A DNA stretch of 64,000 nucleotides from Orbicella franksi (Eukaryota), in contig OZ116698.1 in assembly GCA_964199315.1 (NCBI GenBank), forward strand, positions 9,610,001 to 9,674,000. Direction: 5' to 3'. Below the pieces are notes generated by a model. The model was not told the DNA's origin. It was given only the letters and a program-made list of their open reading frames with translations, and ran no database searches. Made by a program: the position numbers and the translations under genes. Below, piece after piece: positions 38,201-50,139 of this stretch (position 1 is its first letter; each line of letters starts with the position of its first letter).

Positions 38201-41200
38201 CTCTATAGAGTTTTTTATAAAATATGTCGAATTGTTCATTTTGATTGAGTCTTACCAATGACCTATTGGAGGAATTTTTTTGTTCTCTATTACATAAAAC
38301 AAATAGATTCCATGCTGCCACATAAGACGTCACATAAGACGTCAAAATGTGGGAAAGAGCAACAGTGACACACTCGACCATCGCCTCGTGTGCCACTTTT
38401 TTTTTTTTTATCTTACCACATTTTCACGTCCTCTGTGATCTATGACTGAACAGACGCACGAAAACATGGAATCTATTTCAATGTCATTAAAGATGCGTAC
38501 ATTATTCATCGTGGTGTAAGACTGGATAGATGAATTTTCACTCGTTTGTCTCACGATGGAGTCACTTGAGATGTAGATAGCGACGTTTCGACTGCTATAC
38601 AGCTACATTGTAGTCTTCATCAGGCGATGAGGTCAACTGTTGCGTGTCACTATTTGTAAAATCTATTTGTTGAATGGAAACACGATTGGAAGTTTGGGAA
38701 AACGAGAAGCAATAAGGGAACACGCCTAAACGTTGACGAGTGTTTTTGATTAATTTTGATTGTGTAGTTATTAGTAACTTAGTAATTTAAGTAATTGTTC
38801 CTGAAAAGCCCCATTGGGGAGGTAACAATAAAGTATGTATGTAAAGTATGTATGTATGGAAACACGAGAAAATGCTGCCTAAAGAATATGTTTTAGAAAA
38901 GACTCCAAGAAAAAGAAAGGAACATCGTCCTGCTCTGTGTTTCTATCGAATTAAAGACGAATGGCTTTCAGCAAGCGCTTCCTTACAGCGCTTCCTTAAA
39001 TACTGTACCTTTACGGCCTGAGAAGTATTAACATGAATCAGTCGGACTTGCGAGTGGATGGTCTTCCAAACGTTGCTGCTGTCTGGGTTAATTATTTCCT
39101 GTTGGTGATAGTAAAATGACAACAGTTAGTGATCCCATGACAAACAATGGAGAAATTGGTCGACATCTTTGTGCTAGCTCGAAAACTCGGAGGGTGCGAA
39201 GTCAACGTCGATTGGATGCAAAACCTCCAGAGTTCTATTAGCTTCATCGTGTTTTGAATCGGGAACCAGATCCATATCATATTACAAAACAAAGCAATAT
39301 AGCTTTTGTGTGATAAATTTTAACGCACATACAGCCATACATACCACTTTCCACAGGTTCTGAGCAGCCATGGAAATGTTGTAGTCAATGTAACAGGAGA
39401 CTTCCTGGTTGGCCGGGTTCAAAGGAGCGGCAACATCATGGCTAAAAATTGACAGGGAAAGATAACATCTTAATCAGGAATTACATAGGAAGTACTGTTT
39501 ACTAAGGTGGGCAGCAAGGTGGGGCGCTGGACTCTGGATTCGAGTCATGGTTGGGGTCACTGTGTTGTGTTCGAGACACTTGACTCTCACAATGCTTCTT
39601 TCCAACCAGGTGTAACCCTTCGATGGGATAAGGGGGCGGGGGGGGGGGGGGGGGGGGAGAAAAACTTTTGGTTGCTTCATGCTACAGAGACCTGAGCTCA
39701 TTGGTTCGAATACGGACTTTGCCTATCTCACGGTGGTTATCATAGATTTTCTGTTGTATGAATCACAATCAAATTACACAATGACATATCTGTGGAAGCT
39801 TAAGCAACAACAACAAAAACGTTTTACCTGTTTAAAGCTCTACCAGTCACTCCATGAACAATTTGAATGATGTCACCATTGCGCACGGGTCTTGGCGGGA
39901 AATCTACAGAAAGGGCGTCTCTGAAATGATATCAGTGGAATATCTATTAGCATGACCTAGATGGATTAAAACCTATCACATGTACAACATCAAGGACAAG
40001 TAATAAAGTACAACTGCCGTTAGTAAAGCAACACAAACAAACAAACTTGAAAAACTTGTTCTAAATCAAAGACTTACATTTTAGGGTCTTTGACAATCCA
40101 CCAGTTATTGACATCCTTAAAGCCATAGCAAGTGACCTGCTGCTGTGCTGAGCTGCCACGCCCATCAGGGTACTTGACGGGGTAGGTGTGTGTGTGGGAG
40201 TGGAGCCAGCATTGTTTGCCAAAGGTGTTCCGCAGGGTGATCTGAGAACCATATGCTACCTCTAGTGTCATGAAATCAAAGTTAAAATGCCATTAGCATG
40301 ATCTAGATAAGCTAAAAGTTGTCACAAGTACAACGTACGGGACATGTTATAAAGTACAACCAAGACAAAGGGAAAATACATGTGTAATGGGGTGGTACAA
40401 GAAGGGAAAAAGTGACTGGTGAAATGGGTGGGAGCACATCTAATCAGTACCAACTGTATAATAATTGTACACCAAAAAAAAAAAAAAAATGAAAATTTAA
40501 TTTTTATTTGTAGCCACAAAACAAGGAAGAGCTCTCGTGAACTTGTTATAAATTGTTCCTGCGTAGAGAATGGATTTTGAACCTGACAGGGTACAAAACA
40601 AAAACTGTGCATTTGATATTTTGGCAAAAAGCAGTTCTAAAGTAAAACTACCTAATCCCAAAAATCAGGCTGGAATATTAGGGATAGGATGAACTGTTTA
40701 ATTCATTCTCCACTATAATTGCTTCTTTACATCTCTGGGGATCAAAGGAAATGACTATTGTACAGCCAGAACTTACCAATTGGTTGACCATGTGTAATCT
40801 TAGCCAGTCCTCCCTAAAAACAAAAAAAGAAGCTTACAATCAGTAGTTACATGCATCAAATTTAAAGGAGCTCAGTCATGGTATTTTGAGTTATTGTGGC
40901 CATGTACAAAATTACCTTTAATGGTAGGAAACCTGAAAATAACAGTTTAATAAGATAGAAACACACCAAAGAGATAAGAATAAACCATAAAGGAACAAGG
41001 ATGGCTACGGATGGAGTCAATTAACACGGATTACAGATGATGAATTCGAAAAATTGAGACTTTTCAATAGACGCAAACTGTGATGTAGCTCCTTTAAGGA
41101 AAACAAAATTCTAACAATGAGGTGACAACAGTGTATAATTGAAACCAAACAGAATCAGAAGACCTGCATTTTAGTTATACCTCAAGACTGGCTTGGAATG

Positions 41201-44200
41201 CACTTGACATCATGTCATCATGGGGACCAGTCTTTCTTGCAACAGCAAACAGAATGTAAAACTGTAACAGGTAGAGCATGCTGGGAATGACAATGAGACA
41301 GGCTACTCGGCTTATCACATGTCTGGCAAGTTTTCTCTGCAGGGAAGAAAAGGCAGAAGAGCTTTAATATTATTACTTAGTAAATTACTGTTTAATAAAT
41401 TTGATTAGACTCCTAGCTGAGGATTTCTTTCAAGCCTGTGAAACTAAGAATGAAAAATGTTCCTCTTAGTTAAATTGCACAAGCTAACAGGGGATTCTCT
41501 CTAGCTTAGCATAAGCTGAGAATTAATATTTGAGAAAACCAGTATCTCTTTATTTCTAGCATGAATGCATGCAGTTGTCATCTATGTTTATCAGTACACT
41601 GCAGTGGAAACTGTCAATGGCAGATGATTGGGATACAGGTTAATCAAAATGTCAAGCAATTTGGTTCATCATGTAACTAGAATGTCAAGTAACTTGCACG
41701 TATATTTTATTACCAGTTTATTGCAAAATGTGATCTGAATCTTGAAAGGGAAGTGTTTGTCCTAAACAGCTTTACTGCTTGTCGTACTGACTTAATGACA
41801 TTGCTACTTACTGATGGAAGAGAGTGGTCCCCAATAAGTTTCCACAAGTCACGGCCAGTTAAAAATCCAACAGCAAAAAAGGTGAAGATGCCAGTGTATT
41901 TAGTGCTAAAGGAAAATGAGCAGCTGTGTTGAATCATCTTTTGTTGCTAACAATATTATTGCCAAAAAACCCTCTCAGAGAAACCACACCTTTCAGCTGA
42001 GAAGAGTGAAGGGATCATACACATTTACAGCTTTATGGATAATTGATCACAAGTACACGGACCAGATTAATGGTCAAAATAAAATGTAAAATTTTGGCTG
42101 AACTCTTTGTCACATCTAATAACTATGAACTTGTTTTGACCCACACAAATAGGGGAGAAAATAAAAACATTCAGACAAGTAAGGATCTGAGACTGTGGGA
42201 CACTGTGGTATTTAAATCTTTTCTTTCTGCAAGCCTGAGACTTGCAAAAGAGAAGACTAGACTGTGGATCGAGCAGTCCAGATTTGAGTTCTGACTAGAG
42301 TTGTTGTGTTGTGTTGTGTTGTTAGGTAAGACACTTGATAACTCTCTCTATCGGTAACTCTCCCCACTCATTTGTATAAATGAGTATTGACATGTTTGAT
42401 GCTGGGGGGACCCCTGGGATTGTCTAGCATTCCATCTAGGTGAGGAGGAATGAGGAATACAAACACTTCTAGCCACACAATGCTAAAGACACTGTCAGTG
42501 ATAAACTTTTGTAGTATGGTAATTTAGCTCAACACAGCTTTGCATTACAATATGTAGCTTTTTAAATGTGTGCATTGGCTCACCTGTAAGCACCTAGCAG
42601 AGCAATTCCTGTCAAAAACAGCCACATCCACCACACACATGTGAATGGTCTGCGAGGAAAGTTACACATAAATTAGGCCATTCATTAATCATAATTCATC
42701 AATCATTGCATTAACTTTGTCATGTAAATTATAGAACACAAAGGCTAGATTTTGTCTGAATTGTGTGATACACACAGGGCTGTGCGCTATAAATGCTGGG
42801 GTGCCACAGATGACTAACTTTTGCCTTTGGGCGACTGGAAAAACAAATAAGTGCTGGGCACCAGGATTTCATTGTTAGGAACCTTTGTGCTCTTTGTTAT
42901 TTTTCTTCGACCACCACCTTGCTCTATTTAGTTGTGACAAGCTTCAACAATAATAATGTTCTTCTGTACATACATTTTGCTTAGTGGTGTTGGCTTTTGA
43001 GCATAAAGGTATCTATGATCATTATGTTTCCAGCCAGAGCTGCTGGTCCGATGCACAATCTTCCTTTCTTCACTGAGCTTCAGACTGAAATGGCTTAGCA
43101 ATAGAGGCTCAAAAAGGCTGCATGGAAAATCACTCACTATCATAACCTGGTATATTATGAAAGCTGGTAACACAAGCTCTCCCAGGTGTCTTTAGGCTAC
43201 TGCTACTGCTACTGCATATATTAGGACAGGGGACTTGAAAAAAATTAATCAAACTACAGTGTATTCATACCTCTTACATTCTTTGCGGAACTTGAGGTAG
43301 CAGAGAAGGGATGCAGCACTGAAAAACAGGAGAGGGGAATCTAACATAACAAGTCTACTTTGTACCACAAACATGTTATCTGCAACAAAAAGGAACATCA
43401 AGGAATGACAGTCAGAAACTGGTATAAAATGATCTTGTGCAAACAATGTTACAGTACAACAGCCACTTGCTAATGATGATTTTTGGTATGTTTGTGACAG
43501 TCAGTTTCATAACAAACTGCTGATAAGTAAACAGGTTATCTTTTCATTTTTCCTGTCCTTCCCTTATCTTTCAAAAAGATAACAAAAATCCAGCAAAAAA
43601 TATCATGATCTTAAATTGAACATCTACAACATCACATGTTGTAGATATTCAAAAAAGACACAAAAAAACACAAGGGACTACATTTATGTTTTGTTAACAA
43701 GCGCACACCGCTATGCTACTCACTATCTATTAAACAATTAGATTATTAGCTCCAGATTTCTATTGTGTGATAAAAATCGAGAGTGAATAATCTAATTGTT
43801 TAGTATAAATCTACTAGTCGTTCAAAACTTAATCAAAACCCTCTTCACAGACACTTAAAAAACATCGTTAAGCAGTCATTATTTTGTTAGCAAGGGCACA
43901 CTGCTATGCTACTGCTGCTGCTACATGTAGAAAATCAATGGATAGTTTCTAGTTGATGCAAGTGACCTATTTTTTCATAGTCATTAAATGGTTATTATAA
44001 ATCATAAATATTTTCATAGGTTTTAAATGTTAGTATCATAAATACATTGTGTACTTGTAATTTTTCCTCAAGAGGATTTGTTTAACCGGCCTGGACGTAG
44101 TTAACAGACAAAGTTGTTTACATGCACATTTTGTGACAAAAAGTTCCAAATTGATTCCCAACTCAGTATCCTGAGATAAGAATACATGCTTTATTTACAT

Positions 44201-47200
44201 GATTAAAAACTTACAGGTGAAGTTACTAGGAGTTAGCGACTGCTGAGCTATGGGAGACTAAACTGAAAATAAACATCTCACCAAATGTAGCCAAAAATCC
44301 ACCCAGAGCTGCTGCCCAGTGAGAACAACCAAGCTCTATAATGACCTGAGAAGGGAAATAACAATTTTTAAACCTGAGTATTAATTAAATAGAGTAATTT
44401 GACACAAAATTCTGCAGCTTTGGGGGATCATGCCTATTAAAGGCATCCGTGGTTGAGTGTTCCCTCGATTGAACCTCGATCAACATCTTGATCAACTCTT
44501 GATCAACACCTCCATCAATACTCCGTCAACACTTGATTGACATCTTGGCCATTAGTCGGCTGAGAGTCAACTAATTTTTGCAGACACGCCATAGAGTGTC
44601 GATCGCTACACATGAGTCGGTCAACACTATGGCAACTATCAACCAACTGTTGATCGAGTGTGGATGGATTGTCAATTGAGATATCAATCAAGCGTCAATT
44701 TAAGCCTGGTTCACACTTGTGAGATAAGCATAACACAAGTGAAATAACCATAAGTGCAAGCACAAGGAAAAAGGAACATGTTTCTTTTTCTTGTGCTTAT
44801 GCTTGTGCTTATTTCACTTGTGTTATGCTTATCTCACAAGTGTGAACCAGGCTTTAGAGTCAACTGAGTATTGATTGAGATGTTGACCAAGTGTCAATGA
44901 AGATGTCAATGCAGTGCTGATGGAGGGTCGATCGAGAGTATCGATTGACACTTGACCGCAGATGCCTTTAGTACACATGATCCACTTTTGGTAAATCAGG
45001 GCTCGAAAAAAGTGCCATCCCATCGTCCCAGACAAGTAGATTTTCCTTCTGGGCAAGTAACTTTTCACTCTCACTTACCCGATGGGCAAGAGATCAAGCA
45101 AGTCATCTGCCAACTAAACCATTAAAAGAGCAAACTAAGACTTGCTCAAGGCAAGCAAAATTTGGGGAGCTACTTGTCTCAAGGGCAAGCTTTATTTCAA
45201 TTTTTTTTTAGCATTGTAACTGCTATCTGTTAAATATTACAAGAAAAAACTCTTCTCAATACTATGTAATAAGGGGCAATGTTATGTGTCTGAGAGCTAT
45301 AACAGTACATGCATATGAAAGCAAGCTTAAACATACACTACACTCAGATGGGTACATGAACAATAGAGCAAAACATTTGGTAGATCTTTTCTAGTAGACA
45401 GAGTGAATGGTTCATGTCTACACTACCAGAAATATGAATTGTCTGAGTAAGTTAACAGGAACTGTACAATTATGTACATGTGTACATTGTATATGCTTTC
45501 TGCAGAGTCCAAAACATGTCTAGCAGTCCATATTTATGTGATGACTGTATTAACTACAAATGGATGTCTTTTAAGCAGGGTTTGACTGTATGCCACCCCT
45601 GATAGTACTTAACTATGAAAAGTATCTTTTGCCCCCCATCCACCCCAAAAAGCTTCACTGAAGTCATTTCAGAATTTAAGAACGTTTTAATATGACTAGT
45701 ACCCTGTTTAATTACCAGCATAGGCTACACTGTTAACCCTGTTCCACTGTAATTTGAATAAATGCAACTACAAAGATAGCATCACACACATACCCACCTC
45801 ATAGACAATTGGCACAACAAGACTTCCAAGAAATGCTGAGACAAATCGTAAATACCAAACATGCTGCTCATATTCGCCAAGATCTGAGGAAAGATTTGTA
45901 AAGATGCAAAGTGTCAGTTGAAAGCTATGGCATTGTGTCAACACGTTTTCTAGGATGCAGTGTGCAGTGCTGGGCTATTTTCTATCATTTTGCGACATAA
46001 CTGTAATCAACACTCTTGGCAAGTGGCCTTCAGTATGCATATTTAAAACATAATTATATATGATTGAATTGAGAGGTAGAAAAAATCATAAAATGCAAAA
46101 GGGTGTTTCTATATCAAAGTATCACAACTGTACCTTGTCCTATATCAGCAAATGAAAACTGACCATCATATCCAGAAACATAAGCTGAAATTCAAACAGC
46201 AATGAAGGATTTGTCATTCATGACATTCAGTCTATACACCTGCCAGTTGAGCTTCACTCTTGTCAGTGATTGTTATTATTATTCAGACTGTCTGATCAAA
46301 GTCTGAGAGAACCAATTACTGTGAATTATGTTTTAGAACACAAAGGCAGGTCTGGAGACCATGTACAAGACAAGTATTCATTTGTTAGCTGTTAGTTAAC
46401 AAGAGCAATGAATCCAAATAATTTGTGGAGTTCATGCTAACCATTAAGAATAATCAAAAAAAAATTAATAATCATGATGCCTCGCATTACCTGCTAGAGC
46501 AAACATGAGTTTTCCTAAGGGTGGATTGACATCATAGAAGAATTGGTTTTTCATGAAAAAGTTAGTAAACTGGCCAAAATGTACTTCATCAAATCTGTGA
46601 ATTAAAAACAAATCATTCAATCAATTCAAACAATTTCATTCATTCCAGTCAATTTACTATTGCAGTGCCTCTCTCTGACACCCAGGTGTATAAATCTGTA
46701 TCGGTAAATTTAATGCTGGGGGTAGCCCTGTGATGGACTAGCATCCTATCCAGGGGAAGTAAAAATGCTGTCTCCTAGTTGCTTCATGCTACTGAAACTG
46801 GAGATAAGTGCCGGACTGATGAGCCACTTGGCTCATATGCAGACTTTAACTTACCTACTTACATGTAATTTTGGGCTTTTTGTATGATGCTTTAGAAAAA
46901 GAAGGGAAAATCAGCCACCTAATCCAACAATAAGGCTACCTCCTTCAAAACTTTGTATCTGACTTGAGATGAATCATGGTAAATCCTAAATTTTTTCAGT
47001 TCAATTAGACTGGAAGTGGTGGATTAAATCTTGGAACAAACTAAGACATTAGTTACTACAAAAGAAACTGTTTGGGCTGTGTTGGTGGGCAAGTAAAACA
47101 CTGTGCAATTTCAAGTGGATAAAGGTAAATTAACCAGTAACAGTCTGAAGACAATGTTTTGAGCATTGGCCCTGCATCAGAGCAAAGTGCAAAAAGTGGT

Positions 47201-49158
47201 CTCTTTTTAAATGCTTGAAATACAAAGCATGAAAAGGTTATGTTCACTTTGCTCTGATGGAAATCACCCGATCCATTTAGTACATGTAATGTTACATCCA
47301 TACTGTTAGGTATACAGACACTTTAACCTAACACGCATGATACTGGAAAATGTACCATTGTACCATAGTTTACCATCAGTTGTACCTAAGCACAAAAACG
47401 CGATTAAAAAAAAAAAAGATCTAATTGGGTATTGAATGACGCATGACTTACACTTCAACTGTCGCAACTGCCGGCAATTAATGCCAATGCATCTGATATG
47501 CAATCAAAATATGAATTTGCAGACCAATCATGCAACCTACGATTCCCAATAAGATCATATATTTTCTTCATAAGTTCATACCTAGATGCGACCAGTGGTA
47601 GGTTTACTTACATGACATGTTTAGGAGTGGTGAGTTGCCACATCCTTGTACCAAATGACAAGCCCACTAGAATCAGCCACACAAAATTCAACTCAACATT
47701 CATTGCAAAAGGGGGCAAAGCTTCTCTTTCACTTTGTTCTCTTTGCGCTTGCTTTTCTTCTAACTTTTCCTGTTGGTAAATTTTCCAGAATTATCTCTCA
47801 AATTATTGCCTGTAGCATGCTGAACTGACACATAAATTTCACCTCTGGCATGGAGTTGCTTTCAATTGAGTGTTAAAAGTAATCAGGCTTTGGTTTTGGT
47901 TTTACTGTGATTTGAGATTTGGCTGAGTAGTCTAATTGGTAAGCAGGGATGGCAGAGCATATTTTGAATTGAGGGGGGGGGGGGGAGGAGAGGGGGGAGG
48001 AGAGGGGCTTACAAGCGAACACCAGGGGTCTGGAGATATTTGTAAAATTATTATTTTATGCCTTTTTTTTTTGGCTTGAAATTCCCCCCTGGCTCTGCCA
48101 TCCCTGGTAAGTGATTGGTTTGGTTCTGGTTTTATGACACTCAATTGAAAACCACTCTATGAATTTTAGTCAGGAGATTCCCAAGGAATATTTTTAGGGT
48201 TTGGCTTCTGAGCCAGAACCCTGCTGGGCAATAACACTTAATCATTATCAAATACCTTTTAAAAATAGTTGGTCATTTGATGGAGCAATAAATTTAATTA
48301 ATAACAAGAATAGTTGGTTATGTTATGAAGCAATCAACATGTAAGTTAAGTTACATTTTGTTCCCACTTCAAATCTCTGAAGAAAACTCTGTTGTAAATG
48401 ATTTTAAAATACTAACGGACGCAAACAATGAGATAGAATTTTGATCATTTCTTTCATATTATTTCAGGGCATCTTCACTTGTAGCAAAAAAAAAAAAGTT
48501 ACTACAAGGGTTCTACAGTATTAACACGACATAAATTCGAATTAGAAATATAAGGAACATAAAAATATAAGCTTAAGCTTAAATAAGCCTAGAGCTGAAT
48601 TTTAAACCAACTTGAGTAGTAAGCTCAAATCTAGAAGTAAGCTTTCGAGTAAGTTCATTTGAATTTACACTTTCAAAGAAAAAGCAATTGAAGTAAATAT
48701 GCCTTTACCACCCGGGCTTTAACAATCGTTATTGACAGCATTTTACACAGCAAAAAGCTGGTAAATTGGGCAAATTATATGGTATACTGTCAGCTTTAAT
48801 ATGCAAATAAATTTCCCAATATCGATCCATAAATTTAATTTTTCCTTGTAGCCTCTAGCCTTAATTTCTCTCAGTTGTTCTCTTAATAAAGAAGTTCGGA
48901 TACAAAACAATGTTTTAGAAATCTGCTGAAAGAAATGTACCACGAAAATCGATCATATCAGACAAAAAAACACACTCTCGTTATAAAACAATTTACATAG
49001 CTGGACGAAGATCCAAGAGCTACAGCTTCTGCATTCTGCTTCAAATTAGGTCTTACCTGAACTTCAAGACCCTTGAGAGGTTCGCCAGCTTTGCGTTCAA
49101 AGTCGCGCTCACTTGGACTGGTGTGGACGTCACTAGAGTTTGCCAACTCACTGGTCAT
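35215..49158 (-). CDS. POMT1: Protein O-mannosyltransferase 1, ~769 aa
   Basis: 21 in-phase exons: 49158-49057, 47769-47612, 46594-46491, 46184-46134, 45883-45798, 44345-44282, 43379-43271, 42649-42584, 41905-41812, 41336-41181, 40813-40777, 40261-40078, 39920-39828, 39441-39345, 39098-39009, 38077-37957, 37800-37703, 37327-37211, 37116-36990, 36144-35967, 35392-35215. Motifs [70 protein letters not shown]...[14 protein letters not shown] and HHYLPAL match POMT1 rather than POMT2. Confidence 0.96.
35589..35662. repeat. Pentanucleotide microsatellite (ATACA/ATACG/ATGCG)n
   Basis: Directly visible tandem pentamers in the last POMT1 intron. Confidence 0.9.
38301..38478. mobile_element. Palindromic MITE
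   Basis: AAATAGATTCCATG / CATGGAATCTATTT ends plus inner inverted pair GACGTCAAAATGTGG / CCACATTTTCACGTC. Confidence 0.75.
38576..38629 (-). ncRNA. Penelope-type minimal type I hammerhead ribozyme motif
   Basis: Minus strand CATCGC-CTGATGA-A-GACT[18 nt]AGTC-GAAAC-GTC^GCTATC: intact core, 4-bp stem II, palindromic ACGT stem III, stem I 4/6 paired. Confidence 0.75.
38750..38857 (+). mobile_element. Probable 3' end of an L2/CR1-type LINE
   Basis: CCTGAAAAGCCCCATTGGGGAGG hairpin, AATAAA, then (TATG)n tail; no coding remnant seen. Confidence 0.45.
40862..41097. mobile_element. Kolobok-like non-autonomous element (TTAA TSD), copy 2
   Basis: TTAA-AGGAGCTCAGTCATGG...GTAGCTCCT-TTAA; inverse homolog of 15345-15587. 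Confidence 0.7.
44425..44983. mobile_element. Foldback-like element with TCGATCAACA-type subterminal arrays
   Basis: GGATCATG..TAAAGGCATC..GG..AGTGT at left is the inverse of ACACTTGACCGCAGATGCCTTTAGTACACATGATCC at right; interrupted by 44703-44853. Confidence 0.75.
44703..44853. mobile_element. PIF/Harbinger MITE forming a near-perfect hairpin
   Basis: AGCCTGGTTCACACTTGTGAGATAAGCATAACACAAGTGAAATAA and its exact inverse; TTA on both flanks. Confidence 0.85.
44997..45216. mobile_element. hAT-like MITE related to 7554-7934
   Basis: CAGGGCTCGAAAAAA left end, GGGCAAGT subterminal motifs, degenerate right end; flanks TAAAT / TAACT. Confidence 0.65.
46670..46862 (+). mobile_element. 5'-truncated tRNA-derived SINE (ACCTT-tail family)
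   Basis: Homologous to the 3' two-thirds of the full copy at 49821-50139. More degenerate copies at ~39519-39730, ~42283-42470, ~13640-13760, ~36810-36885. Confidence 0.8.
47944..48106. mobile_element. hAT-like MITE with 5-bp TSD, inserted into another repeat
   Basis: Perfect 15-bp TIR CAGGGATGGCAGAGC / GCTCTGCCATCCCTG; GTAAG on both sides; empty paralogous site at 61177-61181. Confidence 0.9.
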
Positions 49159-49382
49159 TATATTCAAAACGTAATTACCATGGAAAACTAGAGGTTCCTT
49201 GGTAAAAATGCATACTTGTAGCAGGTAATTACATTCGGGAGAGCGAACGCGCGTGTAGCTTTGTAGCCGCGCTTGTCTAGGAATGATGCCACATGCAGCG
49301 CACTCTAAGGCTGCGAAAACTCATGCAAAGCAGAATGTAGCACAGGATCTTTAAAATTTTTCAAGCTCTGAGTCCCGGGAAG

Positions 49383-49516
49383 TAAGGTAAAGTCTGCGTA
49401 CGAGCCAAGTGGCCCATCAGGCCGGAGCTTATCCCGGTTTCTGTAGCATGAAGCGACTAGGAGTATTTCTACTCCCCCCTGGATGGGATGCTAGCCCATC
49501 GCAGGGTTACCCCCAG
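49383..49516 (-). mobile_element. SINE 3' fragment (ACCTT-tail family)
   Basis: Nearly identical to 49845-49975; abuts a MITE starting GGTACTCCCAG at ~49518. Confidence 0.85.
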
Positions 49517-49820
49517 AGGTACTCCCAGTAAATTGGGTGGGGATGTGCAGCCCGCTTCCCAAAATCCTTACCCTATTTATGACCAAAATCGGCAATTTTT
49601 CCTACCCTATTCAAAATCTGACCAAAAATTTGATATCCTATGCAGCTGGTACAGTTACCTTAAACATAATTTATGAAGGGCTTTTGTTGGTATTCCTATC
49701 AGTAATGATGAAAAAGTAGTTTCTGCTAAAAATCTTTCTTAATAAGACCAGGGTACAGAAAACCATTCCCTATTTGAACCAAAATGGCCAAAATCGATAC
49801 CCTATTAATTTTATGACCAA

Positions 49821-50139
49821 GGTAAGGTAAGGTAAGGTAAGGTAAGGTAAAGTCTGCATGCGAGCCAAGTGGCCCATTAGGCCGGAGCTTATCTCGGTTT
49901 CTGTGGCATGAAGCGACTAGGAGTATTTCTACTCCCCCCTGGATGGGATGCTAGTCCATCGCAGGGTTACCCCCAGCATTAAGTTCGCCGGTACCCATTT
50001 ATATACCTGGGTGGAGAGAGGCACTGTGAGAGTAAAGTGTCTTGCCCAAGAACACAACACAATGTCTCCGGCCAGGACTCGAACCTGGACCGCTCGATCT
50101 GGAGACGAGCACACTAACCATGAGGCCACCGCACCTCCC
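49821..50139 (-). mobile_element. Full-length tRNA-derived SINE with (ACCTT)n tail and 14-bp TSD
   Basis: Minus strand GGAGGTGCGGTGGCCTCATGG (A box), GGTTCGAGTCC (B box), (ACCTT)n tail; AATTTTATGACCAA at 49807-49820 and 50140-50153. Confidence 0.92.

Noticed and set aside
47335-47385. Candidate POMT1 exon [17 protein letters not shown]
   Set aside because: It lies upstream of the FDEVHFG exon, so the order is wrong; exon 46184-46134 ([17 protein letters not shown]) fits homology and phase.
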